From contig RHPI01000160.1 of assembly GCA_009103225.1 (NCBI GenBank), positions 17,860-81,859 of the forward strand: 64,000 bases of DNA, in the 5' to 3' direction. A program made the position numbers and the translations under genes. Positions 50,330-63,810 of this stretch are shown here, piece by piece. The stretch comes from Chlorokybus atmophyticus (lineage: Eukaryota > Plantae > Mesostigma and Chlorokybus algae). Position 1 is the stretch's first letter. Each line of letters begins with the position of its first letter. The notes under the pieces were generated by a model. It was not told the origin of the DNA and searched no databases. It saw nothing but the letters and a program-made list of their open reading frames with translations.

Positions 50330-53300
50330 GTCCAGCACAACATGGCTGTCCATGCAGTTGTCCGAGACAGCGTGACCCTCGACTCCCCTCGACCCGACAA
50401 GTCGTTGATGTGTAATAAGCGATTGGCCGCTACGACTCATGCAGCCATACCTACGGACTGCTACATGTGTTATATGTTGGATGTAGCTGGGTTGAGTCAC
50501 TGCAGATGTTGTTAATGAACCAACATTAACCTTGGCAAGGCAAAGTCACCGCATATGTTGTTAATGACCCTACACCTTGTCTGTAAGGGGGGGAGTGCTA
50601 TCACCCCCTTTAATCCCCTACCCCAACACCACCAACCACAGCCACGTCGCCGCCCCCGCTGGCAGCCAGGGGATCGAAAAGATCCCCTGGCTATGGCGGT
50701 CGCTGCGTTAGCAGCGCCATCCGGCCGATATCGACTTGAGACTCATGTCTAAAGTCGATATTAATGATAAATAACATAACACCTTATTAGGGTCTATAAA
50801 GGCCCTAATACGACTTTAATGGCTGTGTTTATCCCGTTGGGACCCTTATTTCTAATTAAATAAGGGCGGGGAACCGCATAGCGGTAGCGCTCCGTTACAT
50901 TGTCCTTCGCAGCCTGCTTGCTTGCGGCCGCCTTCTCCTTGGCGGCCTTCTCCTTGACAGCCTTCTCTTTGAAAACCTACTCGGCATATACGCAAGTGCA
51001 AGTGTATTGTGATTGACATACATTATACAAAACCTTACATAAGCAATGCGTGCACCCGTTCAATGGAGGCCTCGTCCTCTTGTGTGTCCTCTGCGTCCTC
51101 CTCATTACTCTTGTCATCGGTGGCTTCGTCGCCCTGTTGGGCCTCATCATCTAAAAAGTTTTTGGCTGCAACAGCGCTCTGCGACTAGAAGCGTTGAGGT
51201 TTGATAAGCAATAGACTACTACGGGTTGGGCAGCCATATCTTGAAACGTTATGTAGGTTCTGTTGCCTAGATGCCTAGATAGAGCAAAGTATATATAAAT
51301 TGCATCAATATTAAAATTTGCACAGACAATATAGCTATTTGCGCAAGCATTGCTTTTTTGCCCCTTCCTTGAACGTATCTCCTACTTCTTTGCCCACCTT
51401 TTCCGCAGGCTGGACAATTAGCAATGTGTAATAGCTGAGACTACTGACACAACATGGACAATATACATTGTTCACACAAATACGCTGCACGTAAAATATG
51501 GGCACGCGCATGCGCACAAGTGTCAGATATATAAAGCATTTCAGCTAAGCACATAATTCAATGCATACCTTTCTCTTTTGCTTTCGTCGATCAATCTTCC
51601 CCTCCGCTGCGTTGAGCGCCTTCATCTTTGCGTGTACACACATATTTGGATTGTTAAAAGGCTAATAGTCGCACCACTTGTAGATGCAACTCCATGCTTA
51701 CCCAAATGGCTGATTGCTTGAGCTGTGATAGCTTTCGGCTAGCCTCGTCTCGCAGCTCAAGTATCCATTGCGGGAAGGTTGAGACTCAAGCGCTATTACG
51801 TAAAAAAAGTTGGGCGTTACACGCAAGGACAAGCTGACATTATAAGGAATGTAACATTAATATCGACCGCAGGTAATACAAAACAAAACCAAGCGGCTTA
51901 CCTTTCAGTATGTATTTGATCACCGAGGAAATGTTCAACCATCTCATGTTTATGTTTAAAGATTTGTATTAAAATTGACAAAACGCTTCACTTTGCTTTG
52001 CACAGTAGGTGTAGTCAGTTAGCTTAGGCTTTGTATGCGCAACCACTTCAACATGAAACTCAAGGCGTCATACCCGCACTCCTTTACTGTAGTCCTCATG
52101 ATTGCAGTAAGTGTAAGGCTCGATTACCTTGATATCATTTCTCATCCTCTTCTGCAAATGTCATGAATACCCAGTATTTATAGCTATACAATCAGCCAAA
52201 CAAGCGAAGTTGTGCTCATTGACAAAGTGTACATGTTGTTACTGTGCAAGCTCGTCTTTCTTCTCCTTAAGGGCTTGTGCATCATCGTCGACAGGCCGTT
52301 TTTAACCTACAATCACAAAAAAAACAAGCAATGCCATAGCTGCTTGACTATTGGCATGCACATGAATGCACACGCAACTTGCTGGTTGAGGCTGCCTATT
52401 AACGGCGCTGCTTGTCATAAACCTTAGCAAGTTAGTTGACATGCTTGTCCAAGGTCGTCTTTTCTTGCTCATTGCTTCGACAGTTTGCTCATAGAGATCC
52501 GCGGGCCAATTTGGCCCTATACGTATGATCATCTCCGCCTGCAAAAACAAAGCAATCAATTTGTTAAGAACCTTCGCATTTGTGAGCTTGAAGAAAGACA
52601 CACACAGCTGTTAAACAATGGCTGGAACCCTTGCGTCCAGCATACATGTGCATGCTGTGGTTGTTTGCAACTGCGAATGCTTGATCTAGACGCTACAGAT
52701 GCAAACCCCCTTGCATTTACCATGTGCATGCTGTGTGAATTAGTATACACAAGAAACAACGCAGGTAACACATCCAACCTGAGCCCTAGCCATGGGCATC
52801 GCCTTTTTGCTTATGGCGATAAGCAAAGCACTTCAGCGCTCTGCCGCAGCTCTCTCTCGCGCCACTTTCAGCTCTGCCATTGCTACTCTAACTGCACCTC
52901 CGCAGCGTCAAGCACAATACGTAAGTAGAGTTTGCGACATAAAGCTAACGAATTAAGGTTTCACCTTTCGCAACAAAGATGATTAGGGCAGAACCCTAAT
53001 CATCTTTGTTTATGTGCTGTTCATTAAGGCAGCAGCAGGGTGGAGGCGACATGGCCAGCGCTTGGCGGAAGCAAGGTGGAGTTGCTGCCGAAGGTGGATT
53101 GTTTGGGTCCAACAGCTCAAGTAGCTTGAGCGATATAGAAAACGACCCTCTGATCCCCTCTGAACCCTCTGGCAGCCAATTTGCCAGGTTAGCTCCCGGG
53201 TCGGCAAGCCCAAGCAGCAGGTCAACAAGCTCCATTGATGTATTCAACTTGAGGCGTGTCCAGCATGGAGAGGAAGCCCAAGGATTGCTGCGTCATGACC

Positions 53301-54260
53301 AATAAGACCCCCTTCAAGTTAGAGTGCAACACACACACATGCAATGGCCACCCTTCTGCACTATGCATAAACAGCTTTGCCTCGCATTACCGTCATTTAT
53401 TGTACTTTTTTGTTGTCCATGTAAAGATTGCCAGAATCGGTCGGCACTAAAGCACACAACCAAGCGCACACGCAACCGACATATCCGTGCACGTGGACTG
53501 CACGATCCGTTGGTAAGCAATTGTTTGGTTGGCTGAAGTCCGCTATGCTCTCGCACAATTATTAAGCATTTTTCCAAGTAATTGTTTCAAGCTGTGCAAG
53601 CAAGCACAGACAAGTTGTTACAATTTGCAAGAGGCACGGCAAAACTGAACACTTAAAACACTGCACTTTCAAGTGCTAGCTTGAGCAGCGGTTGAGACCT
53701 CCATGCAACTCAAAAACGTATGTGCCAGATTCACTCTTGCCCTTTTACGATGGTGGTATTCCCATTAACAAACGGTTTCAGTACTACAGCCACTATTATA
53801 TGGTTCGCAGTTCACGTATGGACAAAGCTGGGCTGCATTTGTTTGCCTTGTCAAACATTCTCGGCAACACTTTGGAGATGCCATGTGACAATCCGCGTTA
53901 CAGTCATACGGAGATAGTTGCGGTGTTTGGAAAGAAGTTGGGTTGGTAGGTTCGACTTTTGCTTGAGAGTAAAAGTCGAATTCCACTGCGTGAGCGGGAG
54001 TACATAAATGTTGACGTGCGATTTGGCAACATCGCTGGCTACAGCAATTTGGCTGCGTGTCGTCGGGAGCAATCCGCTGAGTACTATTTCAAAGATCAGC
54101 GCGTGTGAATCCGTAGCCCAAGGATCATTAAGATGCACGAGGAGGTGCTGACTTTGTACAGCTTCTACCCGTCCCCGCCAGGCCTTACATTTGATATGTA
54201 GTGTAGGTGGTATCATAAAACTCTGACTGTACGGCTGTATTGCTGTTGTAAATGTTGACA
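50330..54260 (-). pseudogene. Decayed multi-exon ORF with acidic and KEKAA-repeat segments (possibly the accessory gene of the neighbouring CACTA element)
   Basis: Exon-like fragments with stops, e.g. EMIIRIGPNWPADLYEQTVEAMSKKRRPW (~52430-52530), DDEAQQGDEATDDKSNEEDAED, VFKEKAVKEKAAKEKAAASKQAAKD|K (the solo LTR sits at this last junction). Identity not established. Confidence 0.35.
50582..50899. mobile_element. 318-bp solo LTR with 5-bp TSD
   Basis: TGTAAG...GTTACA flanked by TTGTC at 50577-50581 and 50900-50904. Internal hairpin AGCCAGGGGATC-GAAAA-GATCCCCTGGCT at 50664-50692. Confidence 0.85.
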
Positions 54261-56099
54261 TTGTTGTAATGACGCTAGTTTCAAGTGGTTATGCATTTTT
54301 AATTGGTAACGTAATGGGTTGATTGACGGTGGTAATATTAAGGTGTAGTTGTGAAGATTTACATGCACGTAAAAACGCCAAGTGTTAAGTTAGAAAGGCA
54401 CACGAAAGTGGCTTTTGAAACGTCACGTGAGCGAACTCACGTATGACGGCGGAAGCCGTTTCATGCATAAAGAATTCATACGGCGAGGACAGCCCTGCTA
54501 CCACTACCCCATGATATGATATAAATGTTTAAGCAAACATTGTCGTAAGCGGCCAACAAATTAAGCTTAAATAGTTAGCCGAAAAGAGAAGACGGTTAAA
54601 GCTAAGTACTGAATATTGGATAAGCACTTAGATGGATGACACTTGGTGATCACTTGTAGCAGGTACTGCTGCCGGGATTAACAGTGAGGCTATACTCGGA
54701 CGTGTATCGCTATAAGCATTACGAAGTGTCATGTACCGCGAATAATATGCATTATATCTTGGGTTCATATGAACCTAAGATAGTACTGCGCAATGTTGAA
54801 TATGGCCATGGTTTGATTGTTGCAGTGGGTAGTAACTTGCCCATTATGTCGCGAGAAACAGCAGCTTGCTTTTGCAAACCCATGATCAAAGAATCAACTC
54901 TCGGTTGAGTTATCACTAAGCTTTGACCAGTTCGTGAACTCGCACGGATATAACGAATACTGCGTGAGAAGGTACCTGAGATTGGGTGAGCAAGGACAGG
55001 CTTGTGAAGGACAAAGGTAGAAGTGGAGACCTTCAACGGACGTAGCTAATCCTTACATTGAGAAGAACAAAAACAGTACTTGGCGTGAGTAAATGGTTCT
55101 CGGCATGTGTGGATGCTGTAGCATCGGCACTTTAAGTGCCGAATTGGGAGCACCTTCTGCGTGACAATCATGTCCTTGGAAAGTCAATGCGGTGGGGTAG
55201 GTGCTCCGTCCGTAAAGATACGGCAGATTAAGCTAAGGCCTAAGTTGGGACTCGAACGGTAGTGATAAGAGCAAACGAAATCACTACTTAGGTTTTAGGG
55301 GATTCGAATCCTCTTGTGGTGATGAGAAGCTGCGGTAACAGGTTAAAGTACGACAAATCCATCAAATCAAAACCGAATTGACCCTAGCACATAATCCATT
55401 CGAAGGAGGACACCCGTGAAACTCTAAGCGGGGAGGATTAAGCGAAGTCGCTAATATCCTAAGTTTCCTCGTAAAGCGAATTGTCGTAAAAATCTTTAAG
55501 GCATTGGCTAGCTTTTTAGCGGCGCATACTAGCATTAGTCTAGCTAGCTTCCCATGCCTGCAATATAAATTAGCCATTTGAAAAAGATATGCGGATTTGT
55601 GGAGACGCGAATACATGCCCAGAAGTTAGATTCCACCTAATTGAGTTTGGGGAGACAATTGGAACTTGAGTAGAGTTCTTTATCTCCCTCACTGCCGACA
55701 CTTTTGGAAGGCGAAGCACCTTCCCGCACTTGGGAATTTGAGGGCGTAAGCCCTTCTTAAAGATTCGAGCGATAATTTTTTAAGTGAATTAAGTAAACCA
55801 ACAAGTTGAATCGGTATGTGAAGCATTGGCCGAAGTTGCGAAGTCGCGAATCTCAAGAACCGCTAAGTGTAAATACTTGGCTAGAATTTAGTTGCGCTCA
55901 GTCCGTGTGTAGATAACTAAGGCCACATTCACAGAGTCAAGCACTTTGTGAATACAAAAAACGCCGTTATTACATTGTAGCTTTCTGTGCTATTGTTACC
56001 CGCAGCTCTAACTATAGCACAACATGTGTGAAAATGCGCTCGTGATTGTACTTTTATGGGTGATGCCAACAGAAGCTTGCATTTTCGTCTCATGTGGAT

Positions 56100-59000
56100 C
56101 ATAGCATGGTGATGGAGCATAAAAAGTAAGCGAGGACGATCACCACCCTGCTAACAATATAGCCGCCGAGTTGACGCAGTCACCGCAATCTCCCTCAGGC
56201 TCACCTACTATGGTGCCAACTGCGGCCCAACAGTCATTACAGGAGCTGCTGTCGTCACCTGAGCATGTTGGTCATGTGCGGCTTGATGCAGACATTCAGG
56301 AGGCTCCTTAGTAACAACCGCGGCCCAGCAATCATCATTGAATCTGCTGTTGTCACCTGAGCATGAAGATGTTGGTCATTTGCAGCTTGATGCAGACATT
56401 TAGGAGGCTTAGTGACAGTCGTAATCATAATGCTGATCATCTTTGGGCTTCAGTCACAAAGAGAGTGCTGGCCAGGGAAAAACGAACAAGAAAAAGAAGA
56501 AAAGGAGGCCTCGGAAAGTATTCCGCTACTTTTCGCCAATCCCATGTCTGTAGAGCATGCAAATTTAAGGCTTTTACCTCACACGTGACGTACCACGCGG
56601 AGCACCGCTCACAAGACAAGTGGATGCGCGCAATATATGACTCATCATGCTGGTCGCGCATGGAACAATTCTACATCGACTTTTGCAACCCGCGCCCCTT
56701 GCGATTGGGGTTTGCAACCGATTGCGTCAACCTTCAAAGTTCTCCTCCGCGCAAAGCAACTACAATGTGTGGCCGCTCACCGTCTGCTTCCTAAACCTCC
56801 CGCCCTCTTTGGTGTTAATGTTGATATTGCGTATAATAACAGCGTTTTTGTACTCGTCTGCTTTGCAAGACCCAACAAGCCCAAGCACATTAACACCTAT
56901 AACACCTATATCTAGCCTTTGGTAGACGAATTCAAGCAGTTTTGGAGGGGTGCATCAGCTGTGGACAGCATCCAATGCACACTGGATCTGCCTCCCAAGT
57001 TTCTTCGGAAAGCCATCTTACTTTTTTGCATATAGGACTACCCATTTTTGAAAAATGTGAAACGTCATATGCAAGGGAAGGTTTGCTGTGTTGTTTGCGG
57101 TGATGCTTTCAATGCCGAGCATAGCCCATGGTTGTTAAAGACGGCAATGGTTGGGCACCGTCAATTCTTGCCACTTGATCATTTTTAACGACATCATGAG
57201 AGCTTTGGCCCACTTAAAAAAAAAGGCCGCCACTTGCACCGTTGAGCAAAGACGATGTTTATTTTGGAGGTGAGTTATTGCATTTGCAAGTTCATTGCTC
57301 TTATACTATACATGTGCATGTGTTAGCAAACCCGTAATCATCATCAATGCGTGTTGCGTGCAAGCACTGATGATGTCAATTGCTAGGAACATGTGGAGAG
57401 ATGTGAGCAGGGACATGACCCTGAAAGCGTGGAGGAGTGGAAGAACAAAGGCATAAAAGGCCTCTTTTTGTTTAGGCAGTTGCCATACAAGCATGAAGTC
57501 CTCACACACATCATCAACCATATGCATTGCGTTATCAACACCATACACTGGCTTTTACACCTCCTCACCGGCAAAGCTGGTACGCAAACACAATTAGAGC
57601 ATAATGTTTGTATTGACGAGCACTCATTAACATGTGGGTTGTTGCAGGCGATGGTATTCGAGGAAGGTATAAGTTGATGGACAAGCGTGCTGACTTATGG
57701 CCCGTGCAGAAGGTGAATACGAAAGGTAAAAAGGTGGTAGAGAAGCGGTAGCCCCTTTCTTCACGCGTCAAGAGCTACGCGACATTCAAGCGACTTGGAA
57801 GAATGTAAAGTTTCCTACGAGGTTCAGAAGCTTCTAAGGTCTCTGAACTTAAAAAAACAAAAAAGCAAAAAAAAGTTATTGCTGATGAACAGCCCAGATT
57901 CTCATGACTTGCACAATATAGGTAAGTTGTTGCAATAATATAATTACTATTGCAGCATGTATGCACATACATGCGTATGCAATGCACATATGGCAATGTG
58001 TGATGTAACTGACACTGTTGCTTTATGCAGATAGCATATTGCTACCAGTAATTGTTTCGAATAGGCTTGGATCAGCCCAGAGGCTAACGCTGGCTTGGAT
58101 TTTCAATGCGTTGAGCCAAGTGTGTGCCGCTTGGCTGCTTGAAGATAGGCAGCTCCTACGTGACAATAAAATCGATATGCTAGAGTGCTTGTGTCTGCTA
58201 AAGCGCGATTTTCGGCTATCTTTGTATACCGTTTCGACTTAGATGATTGTATTTACAAACGATGCAACAATTGCGAGAGTGCGGTCCAAGTTGAAGCGTG
58301 TGGATGTTCAGGGCAGAGCGCGAGATGCAGCACATCCGCATCCAACTAGTCAGTCGAAAGGGCTAGAGGCGAGCGTCGCGTCTGATGCAACGAAACGCAT
58401 TTTCAACTTCTCTAAGGCAATGAAGGCGATTATGCCAGAAGCTAGTGTGTCCGTGTCGTCTATTGAAAACACGACCGGTATATTCGCTATTGGGATCAGG
58501 CAATACATGCGTCTTTTATCAAAACGAGCGGCGCGACATCATTTTGTAACTTCGCAACAACAATGCCGAGCTTGCAGACCTTTACAGATACGTTGTGAAT
58601 GTCCAGTACTTTGTTGGTATTAATCTTGACTTTGCAAATATTTGCAACCAACATGTCATGTTTTGTCATGATTGGTTTACACTTTAAAATTGCGTGACTT
58701 CAGACTTTAACATTTGACCGCCAACCATCTTTTACGCTACAGCTAATTATGGATACGCATGTTGTCGCTCAGGCGATATGATTTGTTTTGCAACTGTCTC
58801 AAGCGCAAACGGCGTAAACGTGGACGTAGAAGCGAGGATTTGCACACCATGACGCGTGCGGAATTTATAGAGCGGTGTTTGGATGTGACCAATAACACCA
58901 GTTTTGGACTACGAGAGCTGTTCCTGGGCTGCCTAGCTCAAGCAGAGTGTTTTAAACACATGGAAGTAGAGGGGCGGCATTTTTTAGTTGCGGATTGGGA

Positions 59001-59640
59001 TAAGGGCAAGGTCACGTGTGATGCTGACGTTGAGGCCGCGTTTACATCAGACTTTAGGCGCTGGCAAGTTGATGACAACGCTGCTATATTGAGGCATTTT
59101 TTCCAAGATGTTGAAGATTCGTTTTGTGACGACAACGGTCAGTTTGGTGTGTGTTATGTTTTCAAATCATCGCCGAATGCATCACCGTATTCTGTCGAAG
59201 TGTGTACCGATATCTCATCAAGTTCTTGCAGGTGCATATTTGCAACGTGAAATGGTATAAGAAGCAGTTTGACAAGGAGCAAATACCCGCCACAACAGCA
59301 ACCGGCTGCTTTTGAGTGGAAAAGAACACATTCACAAAGAACGAGTCATTGATTGAGCCCGATCGTATAACCAGGCCAGGTGTTCTTTGTACCGGATTCA
59401 AGTTACCATTACCATCTCATTATGCTGAAGAAGAAGATTGCGAGCATTGCAGCAATGACTGCATCCGTCCGTGCACCCGTACCCGATGGGTTCACGTGAA
59501 AAGAACATGTGAGCTACCCTATGGAGCTGCAGGCGTTGATGCTAGAAGAGGGGCGTGGGTTGTGTTTGATGGGACGTAGTTGAATACCATAGATGATGAC
59601 GATAGTGATGTCGAAAGCGAGGAAGAGGAGTAGGCGTGAA
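56100..59640 (+). mobile_element. Decayed CACTA/En-Spm transposase (tnp2/Transposase_21, DUF4218-like and DUF4216-like segments)
   Basis: VTYHAEHRSQDKWMRAIYDSSCW, PRPLRLGFATD, NVWPLTVCFLNLPP, PNKPKHIN..PLVDEFKQFW, DYP, GHRQFLPLDH, FRQLPYKHEVLTHIINHMHC, SHDLH, LLPVIV...LCLLKRDF, occurring in the order of plant En/Spm TnpD. Many stops and frameshifts; terminal repeats not found. Confidence 0.85.
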
Positions 59641-61568
59641 GAGACTTGAGATATCAGTCCCATGCATATAGAGATATTGTCATTGCTAATACCGACAAAT
59701 GCATTCTAAGCTATACTATAGATATGAACATAGCCTACCTATCCCTTGGCAGCGATGGTAAACCCGTATTTGTCGTAATAATGTCATTGTGAACATAGCT
59801 GCCCTACTTTACATTTACAATATAGATGTTGCTGTAAATTGCCTATCACGTAGCAGCGTTAAAAACCTATATTTGTAATGATAAAATGATAAGATTATGT
59901 TATATAACTACCCTAATTCACATCTATAATATACACACATTTGCATGGGTTTTGAGGTCCAATCTCTGATTGAGTTTGGTCGTGATTCCATGTTTACGCC
60001 TATATTGTAGACAAACATGTTTACATTATAGACACGACCCCTCGAGACATCAATGCAGATACCAAAAGCTATTTTATATTAGCTAACATTGAAACAATTG
60101 GGAGGGGGAATGCGTGCCAACATCTGCCCTTCCACGTTTGTACACAAGGATACACACACATGTGCGCCAGGTTGAGCACACCTACACACGCATGCACCTG
60201 TACTTAAACATAGTCAGGCAAGTGCACTCCTGCACCCGCGCATACCCACGCTGTCACGCCTATAAGGCTGACAAGAGTCATTCTCTGTCCCTTACTTATG
60301 TTTGTATGAAGGGACCAAGTGGGATCTGCCATTCATAAGCAAGTGTAAGTGCTTATGGCGTGTGCTCTCATGCGGTCCGCTCCTAAGCCTATGTGGGCCT
60401 TGAGTGATGATAAACTACACAAAGCATTGATGCTTGGCTAACACGGAGCTGGTTAATGCCTGGCATGTGAGCCTTTGCTATTACATTGTAAGTTGCCACG
60501 GGAAGTGGCAGAAGATGGTGAGCCAAGTTGGCAAACCACAGGATCTGCACTGTGGTAGTGCGATTTGCCACAGCTTTTACAGTCGCATGGCAAGTGGTGC
60601 CTGTGGGCAATCCGCAAGTGCATATATACTAGGAGAGCCTACGGTTATACTTCTAAAGTAGAATTGTTATTCCTATGAGAATGCTAGGTGATTGATACTC
60701 CCGAGGTGGAGTTGGGAGGTTCCAATGTTGGAACAAGGTCAGCGCATAGAGACAAGGCTTGTGGCCTTGAACATCCTGTGTGCCAGATCGGGAGACTCTC
60801 GCGACCTGCTTTATACCACATGCTGCTAAGCATGTGGTATAGATGCTAAGTTGCATCCTTAAATAGGGATCCGATCAGTAGTGATCAAGACATCAGTGCG
60901 TGTTTGCCTTACAAGAGGGCCACTTGTGCGTGGGGTGCCTGGTTGTTGGTTGCTAAGGGGCTCTCCCCTCATCCCTTGTGGGGTGTGGTGTCGTGATGTT
61001 ATGCACGTGGGTGTGTTGGGCGTGTGGGTATGTGTCTGGAGCTGTGTGGAGAGGTTGGCGGTCATCCTCTCCTCCCTTGCTGCTGAGTTGCAACTTCCCC
61101 TGCAACGTGCACCGTGGTGCTGGTGGGACTTCCGCTGTAAGTCTTTGATGCTTGTGCATAAGTTTGCCAAGCCCCGATCAGCAAGTAAGTAGTGGTTACA
61201 CACGCACATTCTCACATGTAGGGCATAAGAGGTCACCTATGAGGTCACCTATGCACGGCATAAGAGGTCACAGAGATTGATCAATTACCAACTTGTTTTT
61301 TGGCGTTAAACATCCGTCGCACACACCAAAATGCAATTGACGGCAACAGCAACAACTATTATGATGGAGCATCACCAGCCACAAGCAATAATGTGTGCAT
61401 AAGCGCAATGATTACCTGCAGGTTCACCTAGATACACTATACACCCAAGTTCTGTACTACAGGCGACATCAACACCTGCTCCTGCGCGCCAACGCAAATT
61501 ACAAATGCGGCAGCTACTGCCAACAAGCATCTAGCACACCTACCTCCTTGCCTTACTATTAGCCCTGT

Positions 61569-61605
<37 letters not shown>

Positions 61606-61690
61606 NNNNNNNNNNNNNNNNNNNNNNNNNNNNNNNNNNNNNNNNNNNNNNNNNNNNNNNNNNNNNNNNNNNNNNNNNNNNNNNNNNNNN
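61606..61690. other. Assembly gap (85 N) inside a (TA)n microsatellite
   Basis: N run flanked by TA repeats on both sides. Confidence 0.99.
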
Positions 61691-62099
61691 ATATATATAT
61701 ATATATAACATATTAGCCTCATCAGTAAGAAACAACGACACTGCTCGGGAGCCTCACCGTGTGAACGAACTACTCGAGCTGTCCGTCACCGTCCACCTAC
61801 TTGAACTATCCCTGGCCACCCGATCAGTCCATGCCGTAAACAACTAACAGACGGTGGACTTGTTATGGGAGCGATCAGTAACACCGTCCTGTTTGAACGT
61901 CGTCGGACATGATTCAAAAAAACGAATAGCCGTTAGGCTGGCGGCAGTGCCGGCGGCGGTGCGGGGAGGTGAACAACATGTGCGCAAATGTGTTTGCTTG
62001 TGTGTAACCTTTATGTTCTCTTCGGTATTGATTGAAACGAACAGTGAACATAGGTGCAACGTATGCACGAACAGCTTGGTGTTTGTCAAGAGATGCCTG

Positions 62100-63810
62100 C
62101 GCCTGCAGGCAGACTTGTGCAACGCTGCGGAAGTATTGCCTTGCCAATGCTATGCTTGCTTGCTGTTTGAGTTCAGTATATGGTGGTGCATACAACGGCA
62201 TGAGTAGTGACGCCAAGCTTGCTTATGTTGCATGGCTGCAGATGTTGTCACCAAGATGTTGGAAGGCCTTGTGGAACGGTACTCCTTGGCCTGCTGCATC
62301 CGCACTCTCCCTCTCCCTGCATGTGCCTCTGCCAACATGCTTCCCTTCATCGCCCTGCATGTACGCAGGCACCTACCAGAACTGCATCCAACCCTGTGCA
62401 CTAAGTTGCAGTATTGGGCCACAACTGTGGCGTACACACGTGCTTGCGTGTGTGTGCACGCCTACGCATATGTGTGCGTGTGCTTGCTGATGTGCACACA
62501 TGTATGGGCGCGCGTGCATAGTTGCTTGGGACATGCGGAGGAACAACGTCAATTTGTCAGGGCAGGTTGTCCCTCGCGCACACTTGGAGCATGGGCAGGC
62601 CGTGCTGGCAACGATGGCCCTCTTCGAGCATGAGGTGAATGACTGATTCTGTATAAGCAACCACTTCAGTGTAGTAACCATGTCTTCTTACACACATATG
62701 CATGCACCCATGTGTGGACTCACAATTGCACATATGCGCACACACATGCATGCACACCGGCGCACGCTCTCTTTTACATTCAGTCACGGTCTTTGCATGC
62801 GTGGTCTCGCTCTCGCTCTCGCTCTCCCTGCGTGTGTCCGTGTCTGTGTCTGAGCCTGCATCTCAGAGGCTCTGTTCCAATCTCTAACTCTCCCGTCATC
62901 TGCCTTCTTCTCTCCTGCCTCTCCACATGGCCACTCCTCTCTCACAATCTGTCACCAAAGTGGCGACGCTGCCGGGGTTGTTGATGGTGCACGATGTCTT
63001 CAAGGGTGTTAGCAATGGCAGAGACAATGTTGTTGCAGGCCATTTGATCTGTTGAGGGACGTGGTGGTGTTCTACAACGCGGACAAGCAACTCCCCTCGT
63101 GGGTATATGATGCGAGGCAGGCGCCCAACCTATGACACCCATTGCTTGGCCCTCAATGGTAGCGCATACAACTTAGAGTTTGGGCTTGTTCAAGTGGCAC
63201 ACCTACGCGCACACGCATGCACAAACAGGAGATTCACGCGCGCACACACACATACGCATGCACGCGCGCACCGGACCACCGACCTGTGTGCTGGTGGGCG
63301 TGTGCATGCGCACATAAAACACGCAGCCCCCACCCGCTGCATGTATACATACGTGCACGCAAACATGCACACTGGTGTACAAGCACGCGCGTGCGCTCTA
63401 ACATACATACATGTACGCCCAGGCGGTGGCGGCGCGAGCACGGTCCAACGCAGCCCTCACACGGCCGTGCCAGGCGTGCCTCTGCCAGCGTGTCTAAAAT
63501 GCTGCTCTGCTCCACCTATGCTAGCCCCCTTCCGTACACGAATCTCCACAGTCTGGACTCGACGCAGTGACACAGTTGGTACAATGCATACTCGCGTGTG
63601 CGGGCCTATGTGCATGCACGTGCGTGCGAGAGGCGGGGGTGGGTGGGGGGGTGGGGAGGGTCCGTGCGCGGACATACTTGTGCATGCGCATGCATAGCTG
63701 CGACTGTCATGACCACACTTTACTGCGCGCAGGTGCAGCCACCGCCAGTGTCCGCCGAAATGTTAGGAATGAAGCACATGAAGATCCACGGGCATTGCAA
63801 GAGCGGCATG
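62100..63810 (+). CDS. Unidentified multi-exon gene, incomplete model, probably continuing beyond the window
   Basis: Short AG/GT-bounded segments between CA/GT-rich introns translate as DVVTKMLEGLVER, HLPELHPTLCTKLQYWATTVA, QVVPRAHLEHGQAVLATMALFEHE, PFDLLRDVVVFYNADKQLPSWVYDA, AYNLEFGLVQ, VQPPPVSAEMLGMKHMKIHGHC. I recognise no family. Confidence 0.5.

Noticed and set aside
50582-50620. AAGGGGGGGAG as PPT plus 3' LTR of the Gypsy
   Set aside because: The TTGTC duplication on both sides shows 50582-50899 is an independent solo LTR, and it has no counterpart upstream of gag.
55240-55330. tRNA gene suggested by GGATTCGAATCC (T-loop-like)
   Set aside because: I could not fold an acceptor stem, D-arm or anticodon arm; tRNAscan-SE would settle it.
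56245-56410. About 100-bp-period diverged duplication upstream of the CACTA transposase core
   Set aside because: Real but ordinary internal duplication in a decayed transposon ORF; no evidence of separate function.
54300-60600. CACTA terminal inverted repeats
   Set aside because: Isolated CACTA/TAGTG pentamers occur, but I found no matching extended pair with a 3-bp TSD.
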